Origin: a virus
Taxonomy: Duplodnaviria; Caudoviricetes
Strand: one strand, 5' to 3'
Length of the DNA: 64,000 nt
IMG/VR virus record: IMGVR_UViG_3300025099_000016
Coordinates: 8,098-72,097 of that record
A program made the position numbers and the translations under genes. The notes under the pieces were generated by a model. The model searched no databases. It was not told the DNA's origin and saw only the letters and a program-made list of their open reading frames with translations. Below, piece by piece: positions 18,536 to 26,297 of this stretch (position 1 is its first letter; every line of letters begins with the position of its first letter).

Positions 18536-18766
18536 ATGACTAAAAAAATATTAAAAGACTACATGAAGTGTCACGAGATACAATTCATAGAGACTAACGA
18601 GAACTTTTTGGTATGTCCAAACACTTCGTTACAACAAGAATATTTAGAGCGATGGAGTAATGAGTGGGATAGCGGACAATGTCATTTACCATTCGATAGA
18701 GAAACTGGTAAAAACTACCTTGGAACTACTTGCTACATATTAATAATTGATAAAGTACAATTTTAA
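18536..18766 (+). CDS. hypothetical early protein
   Basis: ORF with a typical leader after promoter 6. Confidence 0.6.
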   Translation: MTKKILKDYMKCHEIQFIETNENFLVCPNTSLQQEYLERWSNEWDSGQCHLPFDRETGKNYLGTTCYILIIDKVQF

Positions 18767-18768
18767 AC

Positions 18769-18975
18769 ATGAAAATAATAAGAACAGTAAAAGAAGATAG
18801 TTGTATTTACATGCTTGAAGAGTTCGCAGGCACAACAATATCAACTAAATGGAGACCATATACTGTAGGTGATTTACCAAGTCGCTTCGGTTGTATTGAT
18901 GATGGTTCAGATAAAGGTGGATTATACGAATGGTTTAACTATAAAGGATATACTTATGTTAGAGACGAAAGATAG
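18769..18975 (+). CDS. hypothetical early protein
   Basis: 68-aa ORF in the operon. Confidence 0.6.
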   Translation: MKIIRTVKEDSCIYMLEEFAGTTISTKWRPYTVGDLPSRFGCIDDGSDKGGLYEWFNYKGYTYVRDER

Positions 18976-19138
18976 AAAGTTTACTCACGACCAAGTTATT
19001 GAAGTTGGAGGTGAATACCTAAGATGCAAAGAAACTGGTCAGTGGGTTAGTGAAAATAACGTAGAAAACTACGAAGTAGAAATGTTAAATATACAAATAC
19101 AGCAATATTATGAGCGAGAACAAGATAAACACTATTAA
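18956..19138 (+). CDS. hypothetical early protein
   Basis: ATG of MLETKDRK preferred over the longer track ORF that overlaps its neighbour. Confidence 0.5.
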   Translation: MLETKDRKFTHDQVIEVGGEYLRCKETGQWVSENNVENYEVEMLNIQIQQYYEREQDKHY

Positions 19139-19427
19139 CTGCGAAGACGAATTCGGAAGTGAAAAGCGAGTTCGTACGATCAAGAAATGTGAAACTAATA
19201 GATTATTAGAAGTACTTGAGTCACAGTTGAAACACCATGATTGGTTTTACGAGTATTCTGATGACGCTAGATATTATAACTCAGGTTTACGTGAATTTAC
19301 TCAGATATGGCAAACTATTGAGAAATTACAAGAGCTCGGTGAGAACGAATTTGACCAAGCTATATCTCTATACAAGCAGCATAAACCAGTAGTAAATACA
19401 CCACATGAGCGAGTTATTACAAAATAA
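19110..19427 (+). CDS. hypothetical early protein
   Basis: LKHHDWFYEYSDD motif; stop codon lies inside promoter 7. Confidence 0.65.
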   Translation: MSENKINTINCEDEFGSEKRVRTIKKCETNRLLEVLESQLKHHDWFYEYSDDARYYNSGLREFTQIWQTIEKLQELGENEFDQAISLYKQHKPVVNTPHERVITK

Positions 19428-19450
19428 ATACGATTACTCGTGGATAATAT
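19418..19450 (+). promoter_or_regulatory. class E promoter 7
   Basis: TACAAAATAAATACGA-N8-GGATAATAT. Confidence 0.8.
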
Positions 19451-19465
19451 AATAAACGATACGAT

Positions 19466-19675
19466 ATGAAATGTAGATGCTCAGCAGAAATACCGCAAGG
19501 TAGATTAAATCTTGGCTACAAGACATGTATTAACTGTTCGACAACAGCTAGATATGCCTGTGTACCAATCACAAACCACAAAACCGGTAATACAATACAG
19601 CTTGTCAGCCAAGACACTGCTGATGCTATTTACAAAGCAAGTCGTCGTAAAGGTTACGGCACTTGTTTACGATAA
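19466..19675 (+). CDS. DksA/TraR-like C4 zinc-finger protein
   Basis: CRCSAEIPQGRLNLGYKTCINC resembles C..C...IP..RL......C..C. Confidence 0.55.
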   Translation: MKCRCSAEIPQGRLNLGYKTCINCSTTARYACVPITNHKTGNTIQLVSQDTADAIYKASRRKGYGTCLR

Positions 19676-19699
19676 TATTCTTGCTGAAACAGCGTTTTA

Positions 19700-19845
19700 A
19701 CAGGAGAATAAGGCTAAAACACTCGCAGGTCTGGAACCACGCCGCTATATTCTAGTAAGCTAGATAAGTATAGTGGAACTAAGTGCAACTAGGAACCACG
19801 AAATTTCCGCTGGAGATGGAGTTACTGACGAGTAACATAGCCGAT
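19700..19845 (+). ncRNA. structured RNA candidate immediately 5' of tRNA-Arg
   Basis: GGCTA/TAGCC closing helix; CCGCTATAT-TCTAG-TAAG-CTAGA-TAA-GTATAGTGG and GTTAC-TGACGA-GTAAC hairpins. Confidence 0.4.
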
Positions 19846-19847
19846 TT

Positions 19848-19921
19848 GCCCGAGTAGCTCAACTGGATAGAGCAACGCCCTTCTAAGGCGTAGGTTATGA
19901 GTTCGAATCTCATCTCGGGTA
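19848..19921 (+). tRNA. tRNA-Arg(UCU)
   Basis: Full cloverleaf: GCCCGAG/CTCGGGT acceptor, GCTC/GAGC D-arm, ACGCC-CTTCTAA-GGCGT anticodon arm, ATGAG-TTCGAAT-CTCAT T-arm; CCA not encoded. Confidence 0.95.
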
Positions 19922-19937
19922 CTAAAAATTAAAGATT

Positions 19938-20132
19938 ATGAATAAACTAAACGAGTTAGCAAAAGAAATGTTTGCAGAATTTGGTTTCTGGACGTGTTCT
20001 ACTGCTGAACAAGAAGAAATAGTTAAAGTTATAAAGAATGACTTACTATGGACTATTGAGGAGTTTGAGTTGGGAGGAGTAACTTCTTTTGACTGTATAC
20101 AACAAATCAAAGAAAAAGTTAAAGAATTATGA
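19938..20132 (+). CDS. hypothetical early protein
   Basis: 64-aa ORF with an A/T leader. Confidence 0.6.
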   Translation: MNKLNELAKEMFAEFGFWTCSTAEQEEIVKVIKNDLLWTIEEFELGGVTSFDCIQQIKEKVKEL

Positions 20133-20293
20133 ATGAAAATTGGCAAGTAGTTTGTTACTCAAAAGAATCAGATTGGGAACAAGTGGTACGAAGAAACTTA
20201 TCAGAGGAGAACGCTTATGAAATATTAGCAGAAATGAACTCTCAAGAAGCAAATGGTTACCAAGGTTTCTATGTGAATAGATGTACAAACTAA
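20129..20293 (+). CDS. small early protein (54 aa)
   Basis: Translated by hand (MNENWQVVCYSKESDW..RCTN*); stop lies inside promoter 8. Confidence 0.5.
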   Translation: MNENWQVVCYSKESDWEQVVRRNLSEENAYEILAEMNSQEANGYQGFYVNRCTN

Positions 20294-20316
20294 ATACGAA
20301 CGCTCATGGATAATAT
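20284..20316 (+). promoter_or_regulatory. class E promoter 8
   Basis: TACAAACTAAATACGA-N8-GGATAATAT. Confidence 0.8.
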
Positions 20317-20339
20317 CTATGAACAAATTAATTAAAACT

Positions 20340-20549
20340 ATGTATATAACAGTATTAGACTTCGAAGAAGGACGAGTACATCAGTATGATATTACTACTA
20401 ATGATACTCACCCTAATAGCAATAGAATAGATTGGCCAGATGCAGAAGCAATTGAAGACTTTCTAATCGGTGAAGGTCATCGTTTAGGTAATCTAGAGTG
20501 GATGTCACACTCGGATGGTGAAATAATAACAGATAAAGCAGAGATATGA
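20340..20549 (+). CDS. hypothetical early protein
   Basis: Start moved to MYITVLDF (20340) because the 20319 ATG would precede the predicted TSS. Confidence 0.6.
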   Translation: MYITVLDFEEGRVHQYDITTNDTHPNSNRIDWPDAEAIEDFLIGEGHRLGNLEWMSHSDGEIITDKAEI

Positions 20550-21256
20550 GTAACAGATATTTAGATGAAGCTGGTGAAATAACTAGCAAGCAAATCGACA
20601 CAACTATAAAAGATCGTACTGATGCACTTGGTTTCTTTAAACTAATGGGTATCAAAGAGATAACTACTGCTCGTCAGAAGAAAAACGGTACAACAGTTTA
20701 TGAGTTACCTATTCGTAAATTAAGCTATACAGGTAATTCTTATGCTTACAGATACGCTATTTATGACTCAGGTTACATACGAGATGTCAGTGAACACTGT
20801 AGTTCTCCGTGGTATATTAACAAAAGATACGAGACTAAAAGTAAATACTGGAATAGTTACTATAAAGAGTACTACACCTATACAGGTAGTAAACCAGTAT
20901 TTATAGATAATCTTGGTGACCAACTTGTTTACTTAGCTAATTATATACTTAAAAACCGCTATGGTAGTAAGTTATATAGCTGTTGTGACTGGAATGTTGA
21001 GCAGATTAGAGAGCAACGTGAGTTCATGCACAATGCTAAGTGGGAGGGTAATACGGTTACTATATCACGTGATGAGTATAACGAGTTGAGAAAAGCAAAA
21101 CCGTTAGCTTTTACTGGAAACACAGTAAATATACCCACTAGTGAGTATGAAGCTATGTGTGCTAAGATTGACGCTGACGAGTTAGAAAAAATATCCGGTG
21201 GGGCACAAGACAAAGTAGAGGTATTTATTAATGGACATAGATATAATTTATCATGA
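20546..21256 (+). CDS. hypothetical early protein (236 aa, Tyr-rich)
   Basis: Long ORF with ATGA coupling at both ends. Confidence 0.7.
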   Translation: MSNRYLDEAGEITSKQIDTTIKDRTDALGFFKLMGIKEITTARQKKNGTTVYELPIRKLSYTGNSYAYRYAIYDSGYIRDVSEHCSSPWYINKRYETKSKYWNSYYKEYYTYTGSKPVFIDNLGDQLVYLANYILKNRYGSKLYSCCDWNVEQIREQREFMHNAKWEGNTVTISRDEYNELRKAKPLAFTGNTVNIPTSEYEAMCAKIDADELEKISGGAQDKVEVFINGHRYNLS

Positions 21257-21468
21257 AATTAGAAGCAGAACACATAGAAGCAATAGCAAGTTACATGGCA
21301 GATGACTTAGAAGATCACTTAGATATAGTATTCTGGGATGGTATAGCTCGTGTATTAGACGAGTTTAACATAGAATATGACGATATAGGTGAAATTTCTG
21401 ACGAAGACTGTGACGCTATTGTAAACGAAACAAGATTAATGTTTGCACCTAAAAACGATTCACTATGA
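21253..21468 (+). CDS. acidic hypothetical protein
   Basis: 71 aa, very D/E-rich, coupled. Confidence 0.6.
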   Translation: MKLEAEHIEAIASYMADDLEDHLDIVFWDGIARVLDEFNIEYDDIGEISDEDCDAIVNETRLMFAPKNDSL

Positions 21469-21692
21469 AATTAACAGAAAAAGAGCTAGAAAGCGTTAAA
21501 TGTACACTAATAGATGAGACATCTGACTTTATATTAGCTAGAGTATGCGATGCAATGGTTGATAAACTAGTAGATGCAGGTAAATTATCTGAAGATGTTA
21601 GTGGTCACAACTTAGATATTGAGCAAATAGATGAGATAGTATGTAGTGTATTTAAAGGACTTTATTATGAAAAAGAGAAAACTGAACAGTAG
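21465..21692 (+). CDS. acidic hypothetical protein
   Basis: 75 aa, coupled. Confidence 0.6.
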   Translation: MKLTEKELESVKCTLIDETSDFILARVCDAMVDKLVDAGKLSEDVSGHNLDIEQIDEIVCSVFKGLYYEKEKTEQ

Positions 21693-21798
21693 AAACCCAA
21701 AGTATAGACCAAAAACCACTAAAGTAGTGGAAAATAAGCGTCACGAGCTGATTTGTACAACAAAAAATGTGAAAGTATATGCTACTTTTACAAACTAA
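21667..21798 (+). CDS. small basic protein (43 aa)
   Basis: Translated by hand (MKKRKLNSRNPKYRPK..TFTN*); stop lies inside promoter 9. Confidence 0.5.
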   Translation: MKKRKLNSRNPKYRPKTTKVVENKRHELICTTKNVKVYATFTN

Positions 21799-21821
21799 AT
21801 ACGAACACTCATGGATAATAT
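21789..21821 (+). promoter_or_regulatory. class E promoter 9
   Basis: TACAAACTAAATACGA-N8-GGATAATAT. Confidence 0.8.
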
Positions 21822-21837
21822 ATTAAATTAACAACAA

Positions 21838-22191
21838 ATGAACAGAGAAAATTTAGAAACTAGAATTAAAGAACTTGGAGTTCTTATCGAAGAGGCAAGC
21901 GGAAACGTTAAAAAATTAGTTGATGAGCAAAATACTTTGACTCAAGACTTAGAGGATTTAGATAAACCTAAGTTAACTGAAGATCAGTGGGATAAAGTAG
22001 ACAACGCAGTTACAATGGCTTGTGAAGCTTTTGATGTAGACATAGACGACTGTGAGTATGAGCTTGAACTTGATTACGATAATAGAATACAAATTAACCA
22101 CTTCGATTGGAGTAGACAACAAGAAGATCTAGCTAACCACATCATGGAAAGACTCGGCGAGATGTTCGGTACAGTTAAAAACGAAGAATAA
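21838..22191 (+). CDS. acidic coiled-coil early protein
   Basis: 117-aa ORF after promoter 9. Confidence 0.65.
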   Translation: MNRENLETRIKELGVLIEEASGNVKKLVDEQNTLTQDLEDLDKPKLTEDQWDKVDNAVTMACEAFDVDIDDCEYELELDYDNRIQINHFDWSRQQEDLANHIMERLGEMFGTVKNEE

Positions 22192-22194
22192 CTG

Positions 22195-22390
22195 TCGCTT
22201 TAAACACTCAGGGAGGAGATATTAAAGCAGGTTATACGTAAGCAAACTTTAAGGTTCGACTGATTCTGGTCGCTAACGCGGAAATTAGATCCAGATAAGT
22301 GAGAAGGAATAAGGCTTACTTGTCAACTCATTAGGTTATGGGGAGTAATTCCCCGTGTAAAATTATGAAGCCTCTTTGAACGAGTTGACA
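22195..22390 (+). ncRNA. structured RNA candidate 5' of a tRNA-like element
   Basis: TGTCAACTC(22321)/GAGTTGACA(22382) 9-bp helix enclosing a GGGGA-GTAA-TTCCC GNRA hairpin; TCTGG/CCAGA hairpin. Confidence 0.4.
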
Positions 22391-22392
22391 CC

Positions 22393-22469
22393 CAGCTAGG
22401 TGATGGTCACAGGAAACACGGTTGCGCTCGTGTTGAAAACAATGAGGTTCGATTCCTCACTAGCTACTA
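22393..22469 (+). ncRNA. non-canonical tRNA-like element
   Basis: AGCTAG/CTAGCT acceptor, GTGA-TGG-TCAC mini D-arm, AACACG-GTTGCGCT-CGTGTT arm with an 8-nt loop, TGAGG-TTCGATT-CCTCA T-arm. Confidence 0.55.
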
Positions 22470-22479
22470 AATTACAAAT

Positions 22480-22602
22480 ATGAGAAGATTAATTTACGAT
22501 ATGTACTACGCTGAAGAGATTTCTTCTGACGCTTGCATAAAATTAATAGAAAAATTAGAACAAGTTTCTGAAAAGAGACGTAAAAAAAGAGGAAGATACT
22601 AA
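22480..22602 (+). CDS. small early protein (40 aa)
   Basis: Translated by hand (MRRLIYDMYYAEEIS..); TAATG coupling to the next ORF. Confidence 0.5.
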   Translation: MRRLIYDMYYAEEISSDACIKLIEKLEQVSEKRRKKRGRY

Positions 22603-22808
22603 TGGCAGATATAACATTTGAAGAGATGAACGAAGCAATCAGAGAAGAGATTTATACTGATGTAATACAAGAGTTTGAATACTTGAATAGCTATATTCTC
22701 AATGATACTGAAAAGCAAAATATTATATCAGATATAGTTGATTGCATTCTCAGAGAAAGACAGAGCCAACCTCCGTGTGAGTGTGCTGCATATGGTGGCA
22801 CAAACTAA
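22602..22808 (+). CDS. acidic hypothetical protein
   Basis: 68 aa; stop lies inside promoter 10. Confidence 0.6.
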   Translation: MADITFEEMNEAIREEIYTDVIQEFEYLNSYILNDTEKQNIISDIVDCILRERQSQPPCECAAYGGTN

Positions 22809-22831
22809 ATACGATTAGTGTTGGATAATAT
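22799..22831 (+). promoter_or_regulatory. class E promoter 10
   Basis: CACAAACTAAATACGA-N8-GGATAATAT. Confidence 0.8.
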
Positions 22832-22855
22832 TGTAAACAAATTAAATTAAACTAT

Positions 22856-23089
22856 ATGGAGAACTTATGGAAACGACTGAAACCAGCAGTTAAGACGAAA
22901 ATTCTGGCAGAAAAAGATGAATATCCTTACTTAGTTAATGATGTTAAGACTCAATTAGAAAATAATAAATTCTGGACTGACTTGCCTATTGGTACAGCTA
23001 GACAAGTTGTTAATTTTTCACACGATAGTGTGTTTGAGATTACAATGACTGACTTTATGTGGGGTGATTTATTCATTAAAAAAGCTTAA
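22856..23089 (+). CDS. hypothetical early protein
   Basis: 77 aa, typical leader. Confidence 0.65.
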   Translation: MENLWKRLKPAVKTKILAEKDEYPYLVNDVKTQLENNKFWTDLPIGTARQVVNFSHDSVFEITMTDFMWGDLFIKKA

Positions 23090-23091
23090 TT

Positions 23092-23373
23092 ATGACAAAA
23101 ATTAAAGAACAAACAGTACCTAAATGGTTTGAAGGTGAGGTTTATGACGAAGGTGCAGTAGTCCAAAACCGATTTAGTGGCGAAGAATATGAACTTAATG
23201 CACTTGAATTATCTATTTATGATATGATAATGGGTGCACAAATGTTTATCGAGATGAGATATAACGGTGATATGCTTGATCCTCGCACTGCAGACATGCA
23301 AAAAGATATGCGTAAAGGTTTGGATTGGTTCCGAACTCACAACGCTTCAGCTTACATGGTTCTGCTAGATTAA
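23092..23373 (+). CDS. hypothetical early protein
   Basis: 93 aa, coupled. Confidence 0.65.
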   Translation: MTKIKEQTVPKWFEGEVYDEGAVVQNRFSGEEYELNALELSIYDMIMGAQMFIEMRYNGDMLDPRTADMQKDMRKGLDWFRTHNASAYMVLLD

Positions 23374-23455
23374 TGGATTGGCAAGTGTATGTTCATTTTG
23401 GCATACTAGTATTGTGTGCATTTGAAACTAGAAAACAGACTAAATACAAAGAATA

Positions 23456-23779
23456 ATGACAACAAACGAAATTGAAAAGCAATTAAAACGCAAAGCAGAA
23501 CAGCAAATACGTGAACATGTTAAAGTTATCGTTGATAATATGGCTGAATTTGCTAGAGAACATACTAATATTAACCGTAGTGGTTTGCGATGGTATAGTA
23601 ATCGTGCAAAACCAGAACCTAGGTTCAACGGTGATGATGAACGACTAGATCCATTTAACCATTTTGATTGGAATGAGTTAGCTCAATTAATGAGAAGAAA
23701 TATGGAAGAAACCTTGTTAGAAACTATGGTTGAAAAGAAAACAAAAGAATTATTAAATAAAATGGACTTATTCGAATGA
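23456..23779 (+). CDS. hypothetical early protein
   Basis: 107-aa helical ORF. Confidence 0.6.
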   Translation: MTTNEIEKQLKRKAEQQIREHVKVIVDNMAEFAREHTNINRSGLRWYSNRAKPEPRFNGDDERLDPFNHFDWNELAQLMRRNMEETLLETMVEKKTKELLNKMDLFE

Positions 23780-24030
23780 AAGCATTTGCAATACATGAGT
23801 ATATTGTCAACGAGCTAGGTAAACAACCTAGACATAATGTATATTCTTTAGCTAGTGCTATAACGGATATAGCTGAAGAACAAGATTTAAACGAAGACAA
23901 GTTAATGAGATTACTTCTAGCTAATGAACCTATGGGTGTGTCGCACAGCTACGGGTTTCATACTAGATGGGGTAGATTTATTATTGAAGAAACACAAAAC
24001 AGATATTATGAGTATGAAGGAGAAATTTAG
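23776..24030 (+). CDS. hypothetical early protein
   Basis: 84 aa, ATGA coupling. Confidence 0.6.
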   Translation: MKAFAIHEYIVNELGKQPRHNVYSLASAITDIAEEQDLNEDKLMRLLLANEPMGVSHSYGFHTRWGRFIIEETQNRYYEYEGEI

Positions 24031-24127
24031 AGAATACGGATTCTATGCAGCTTGTACTGCTTATGTAGCACTTATAGGTAGTGTAGTAGTTAGTGCGATT
24101 TATATGCTTATGACTTATGGCAACTAG
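24014..24127 (+). CDS. small single-TM protein
   Basis: MKEKFREYGFYAACTAYVALIGSVVVSAIYMLMTYGN. Confidence 0.45.
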   Translation: MKEKFREYGFYAACTAYVALIGSVVVSAIYMLMTYGN

Positions 24128-24575
24128 AGCTATAGTAAGGTTCGCTACTCGCGAATCAGGTGTATCATTCAGTGAGCACCCGGATAAATGGCATGCGCAA
24201 TTATTTTGTAGATTAGACGGTCACCCTGAATCATTAGGTGTAGATATTGCTAATTCTATAGCTAACAGATGTTTTATACCACATAATTTAGAGATAGATA
24301 GTTTAGATACTAAACGCGGTGATCTAGATTATGTTTACTATGTATGGCAACATTTTGATAAATCTACATGGATTAGCATATTCGAAGCTACCGAAGCTTA
24401 TTGTCCAACCTGTGGACACCGAGACCCAGATGGTGAAGAACGTATGTATGAGTGTATATTTGTAGGTGAACCTTATGATTTACAAAAGAAATTTAGAGAT
24501 AACAAACCAAGAGATTTTGATGGTAACTGGAATGGTGATAAAATCACTTGTGTAGATGTAGAAGGCACAAACTAA
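24117..24575 (+). CDS. hypothetical protein (MATRA..DGHP..LG family) with CxxC
   Basis: 152 aa; stop lies inside promoter 11. Confidence 0.65.
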   Translation: MATRAIVRFATRESGVSFSEHPDKWHAQLFCRLDGHPESLGVDIANSIANRCFIPHNLEIDSLDTKRGDLDYVYYVWQHFDKSTWISIFEATEAYCPTCGHRDPDGEERMYECIFVGEPYDLQKKFRDNKPRDFDGNWNGDKITCVDVEGTN

Positions 24576-24598
24576 ATACGAACGCTAAAGGATAATAT
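24566..24598 (+). promoter_or_regulatory. class E promoter 11 (drives the ligase-to-sigma operon)
   Basis: CACAAACTAAATACGA-N8-GGATAATAT. Confidence 0.8.
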
Positions 24599-24602
24599 AT
24601 GT

Positions 24603-24860
24603 ATGACAAAAAACGAAATACAAAAATTAGGAATCAGTATTGCTGAAGAGTTAATCAAACTAGGTAGAGAATCAGGTGGTATAACTTACATAACTGAAGA
24701 TGATCTTGATCATGCAGTTGGTGAGTTAGCTAGATGCATGACTCTACTTAACTTATACGAAGAGCGCGAAGAATACGAAAAATGTGCAATTATGAAAATA
24801 CAAATTAAAAGATTGAAAGAACAAATAGGTGCAGAAGGAGGATTAGATGATGAGGTATAA
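24603..24860 (+). CDS. protein with a C-terminal UVR (UvrB/C-type) coiled coil
   Basis: EREEYEKCAIMKIQIKRL matches the UVR motif; possibly leaderless. Confidence 0.55.
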   Translation: MTKNEIQKLGISIAEELIKLGRESGGITYITEDDLDHAVGELARCMTLLNLYEEREEYEKCAIMKIQIKRLKEQIGAEGGLDDEV

Positions 24861-25698
24861 ACCAATGCTGGCACACCCTGTCAGCGACCGACCAGTTGAC
24901 TACGATAATGGTCCTGTATTTATACAACCTAAGCTTGACGGCGTGCGTTGTCTAATACAGTATGACAATAGCAAGGTAACAGCGTACTCACGTACAGGTA
25001 AAGAATGGAAAAACATTGACCATATATTGTTCAATCTAAAACCATTCTTTCAACTAAATCCTGACGTAGTACTCGACGGCGAGTTATATAATCACGATCT
25101 AAAAGATGATTTTGAGAAGATTATCTCTTGCGTTCGTAAAACTAAACCTACAGATGAGCATAGAGCTGAGTCTGAACGACTAGTACAGTTTCACTGCTAC
25201 GACATTATAAAACCTAGCCCACGTGGTATGAGTTTTAGTGTACGTGATGAATGGATACAGTTAAATGTACCACTAAACTTTTGTGTAAAACATGTGGATT
25301 CTATCCCTGTACGTAGTGATGATGATGCTCTATGGCAGAATAGTAGAAGCTTAAAAGCGGGTTACGAAGGTTCTATACTTAGAACTAATGATATTTATCA
25401 ACACAAACGTTCACACAACTTACGCAAGTTCAAGCAGTTTCACGACGCTGAAGCTAAGATAATTGGCTGGGTTGCAGGTAAAGGTAAACGTACAGGTACT
25501 ATTGGTAAGTTTATGGCAATGGACACTGATGGCGTAGAGTTCGGTATGCCTGTTATGGATAAGCAGAAATACCTAGAAGAAAACTTCGAAAAGATGCAAG
25601 GATGGGTAGGTAAGATTGCTACGTTCAAATACTTCGAGCGTACAAAAGCTGGTAGTTACCGTCATCCTTTATTCAAATGTATACGCGACTACGAATAG
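24847..25698 (+). CDS. ATP-dependent DNA ligase
   Basis: KPMLAH, QPKLDGVRC (KxDG), LDGELY, EGSILR, KFKQFHDAE. Confidence 0.92.
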   Translation: MMRYKPMLAHPVSDRPVDYDNGPVFIQPKLDGVRCLIQYDNSKVTAYSRTGKEWKNIDHILFNLKPFFQLNPDVVLDGELYNHDLKDDFEKIISCVRKTKPTDEHRAESERLVQFHCYDIIKPSPRGMSFSVRDEWIQLNVPLNFCVKHVDSIPVRSDDDALWQNSRSLKAGYEGSILRTNDIYQHKRSHNLRKFKQFHDAEAKIIGWVAGKGKRTGTIGKFMAMDTDGVEFGMPVMDKQKYLEENFEKMQGWVGKIATFKYFERTKAGSYRHPLFKCIRDYE

Positions 25699-25699
25699 T

Positions 25700-26191
25700 A
25701 TGAATATATTTTACTTAGATGAAGATCCTAAAAAAGCAGCTAAGCTACAATACAATAAACATGTAGTGAAGATGATACTAGAATCTGCCCAAATGTTGTG
25801 TACTGCACACCATCATTATGACAATGGTGACAAAGTACCATACAAGAAAGCGCACTATAATCATCCTTCTACTATATGGGTACGTGAAAACGCTTACAAT
25901 TATATGTGGCTTTACAGGCATATGCTAGCACTAGGTGATGAATATACTAGAAGGTATGGTAAACAGCATTTAACTATCACTAAATGTTATGATCCGCTGT
26001 TTAGATTACCGCCTGGTATACCTATACCTGACCCGTTAACTCACACACAACCTCCGCAGGCTATGCCTGATGAGTACAAGAATAAGTGTAGCGTTCAAGC
26101 TTACTGGAATTATTATATTGGCGACAAAAGCCATATAGCTAATACTAAAACAGAAAAAATATATGAAGAAAGACCTAAAACAACGTATTGA
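25700..26191 (+). CDS. pyrimidine-dimer DNA glycosylase-like protein
   Basis: MNIFYLD..KHVVKMILESAQMLCTAH..HPSTIW; start corrected to 25700. Confidence 0.8.
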   Translation: MNIFYLDEDPKKAAKLQYNKHVVKMILESAQMLCTAHHHYDNGDKVPYKKAHYNHPSTIWVRENAYNYMWLYRHMLALGDEYTRRYGKQHLTITKCYDPLFRLPPGIPIPDPLTHTQPPQAMPDEYKNKCSVQAYWNYYIGDKSHIANTKTEKIYEERPKTTY

Positions 26192-26297
26192 GGACTTTAA
26201 CCGAATTAAATACACCAAAGATGATTCCAAAAGAATCATTATTGCAACATTAAATGCCGAGGGGACTGTGACAACAGCCCCTATATATAAAGAATAA
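26163..26297 (+). CDS. small protein (44 aa)
   Basis: Translated by hand (MKKDLKQRIEDFNRIKY..); fills the gap. Confidence 0.4.
   Translation: MKKDLKQRIEDFNRIKYTKDDSKRIIIATLNAEGTVTTAPIYKE

Noticed and set aside
19798-19836. Hammerhead ribozyme (GAAA and CTGACGA both present)
   Set aside because: The nucleotide at the cleavage position would be G, and there is no room for stem I; CTGACGA is simply the loop of the GTTAC/GTAAC hairpin.
22255-22270. tmRNA (CTGATTCTGG and GGTTCGAC resemble tmRNA 5' sequence)
   Set aside because: The elements are in the wrong order, no matching acceptor strand or tag ORF was found, and the nearby acceptor stem is self-contained at 22393-22469.
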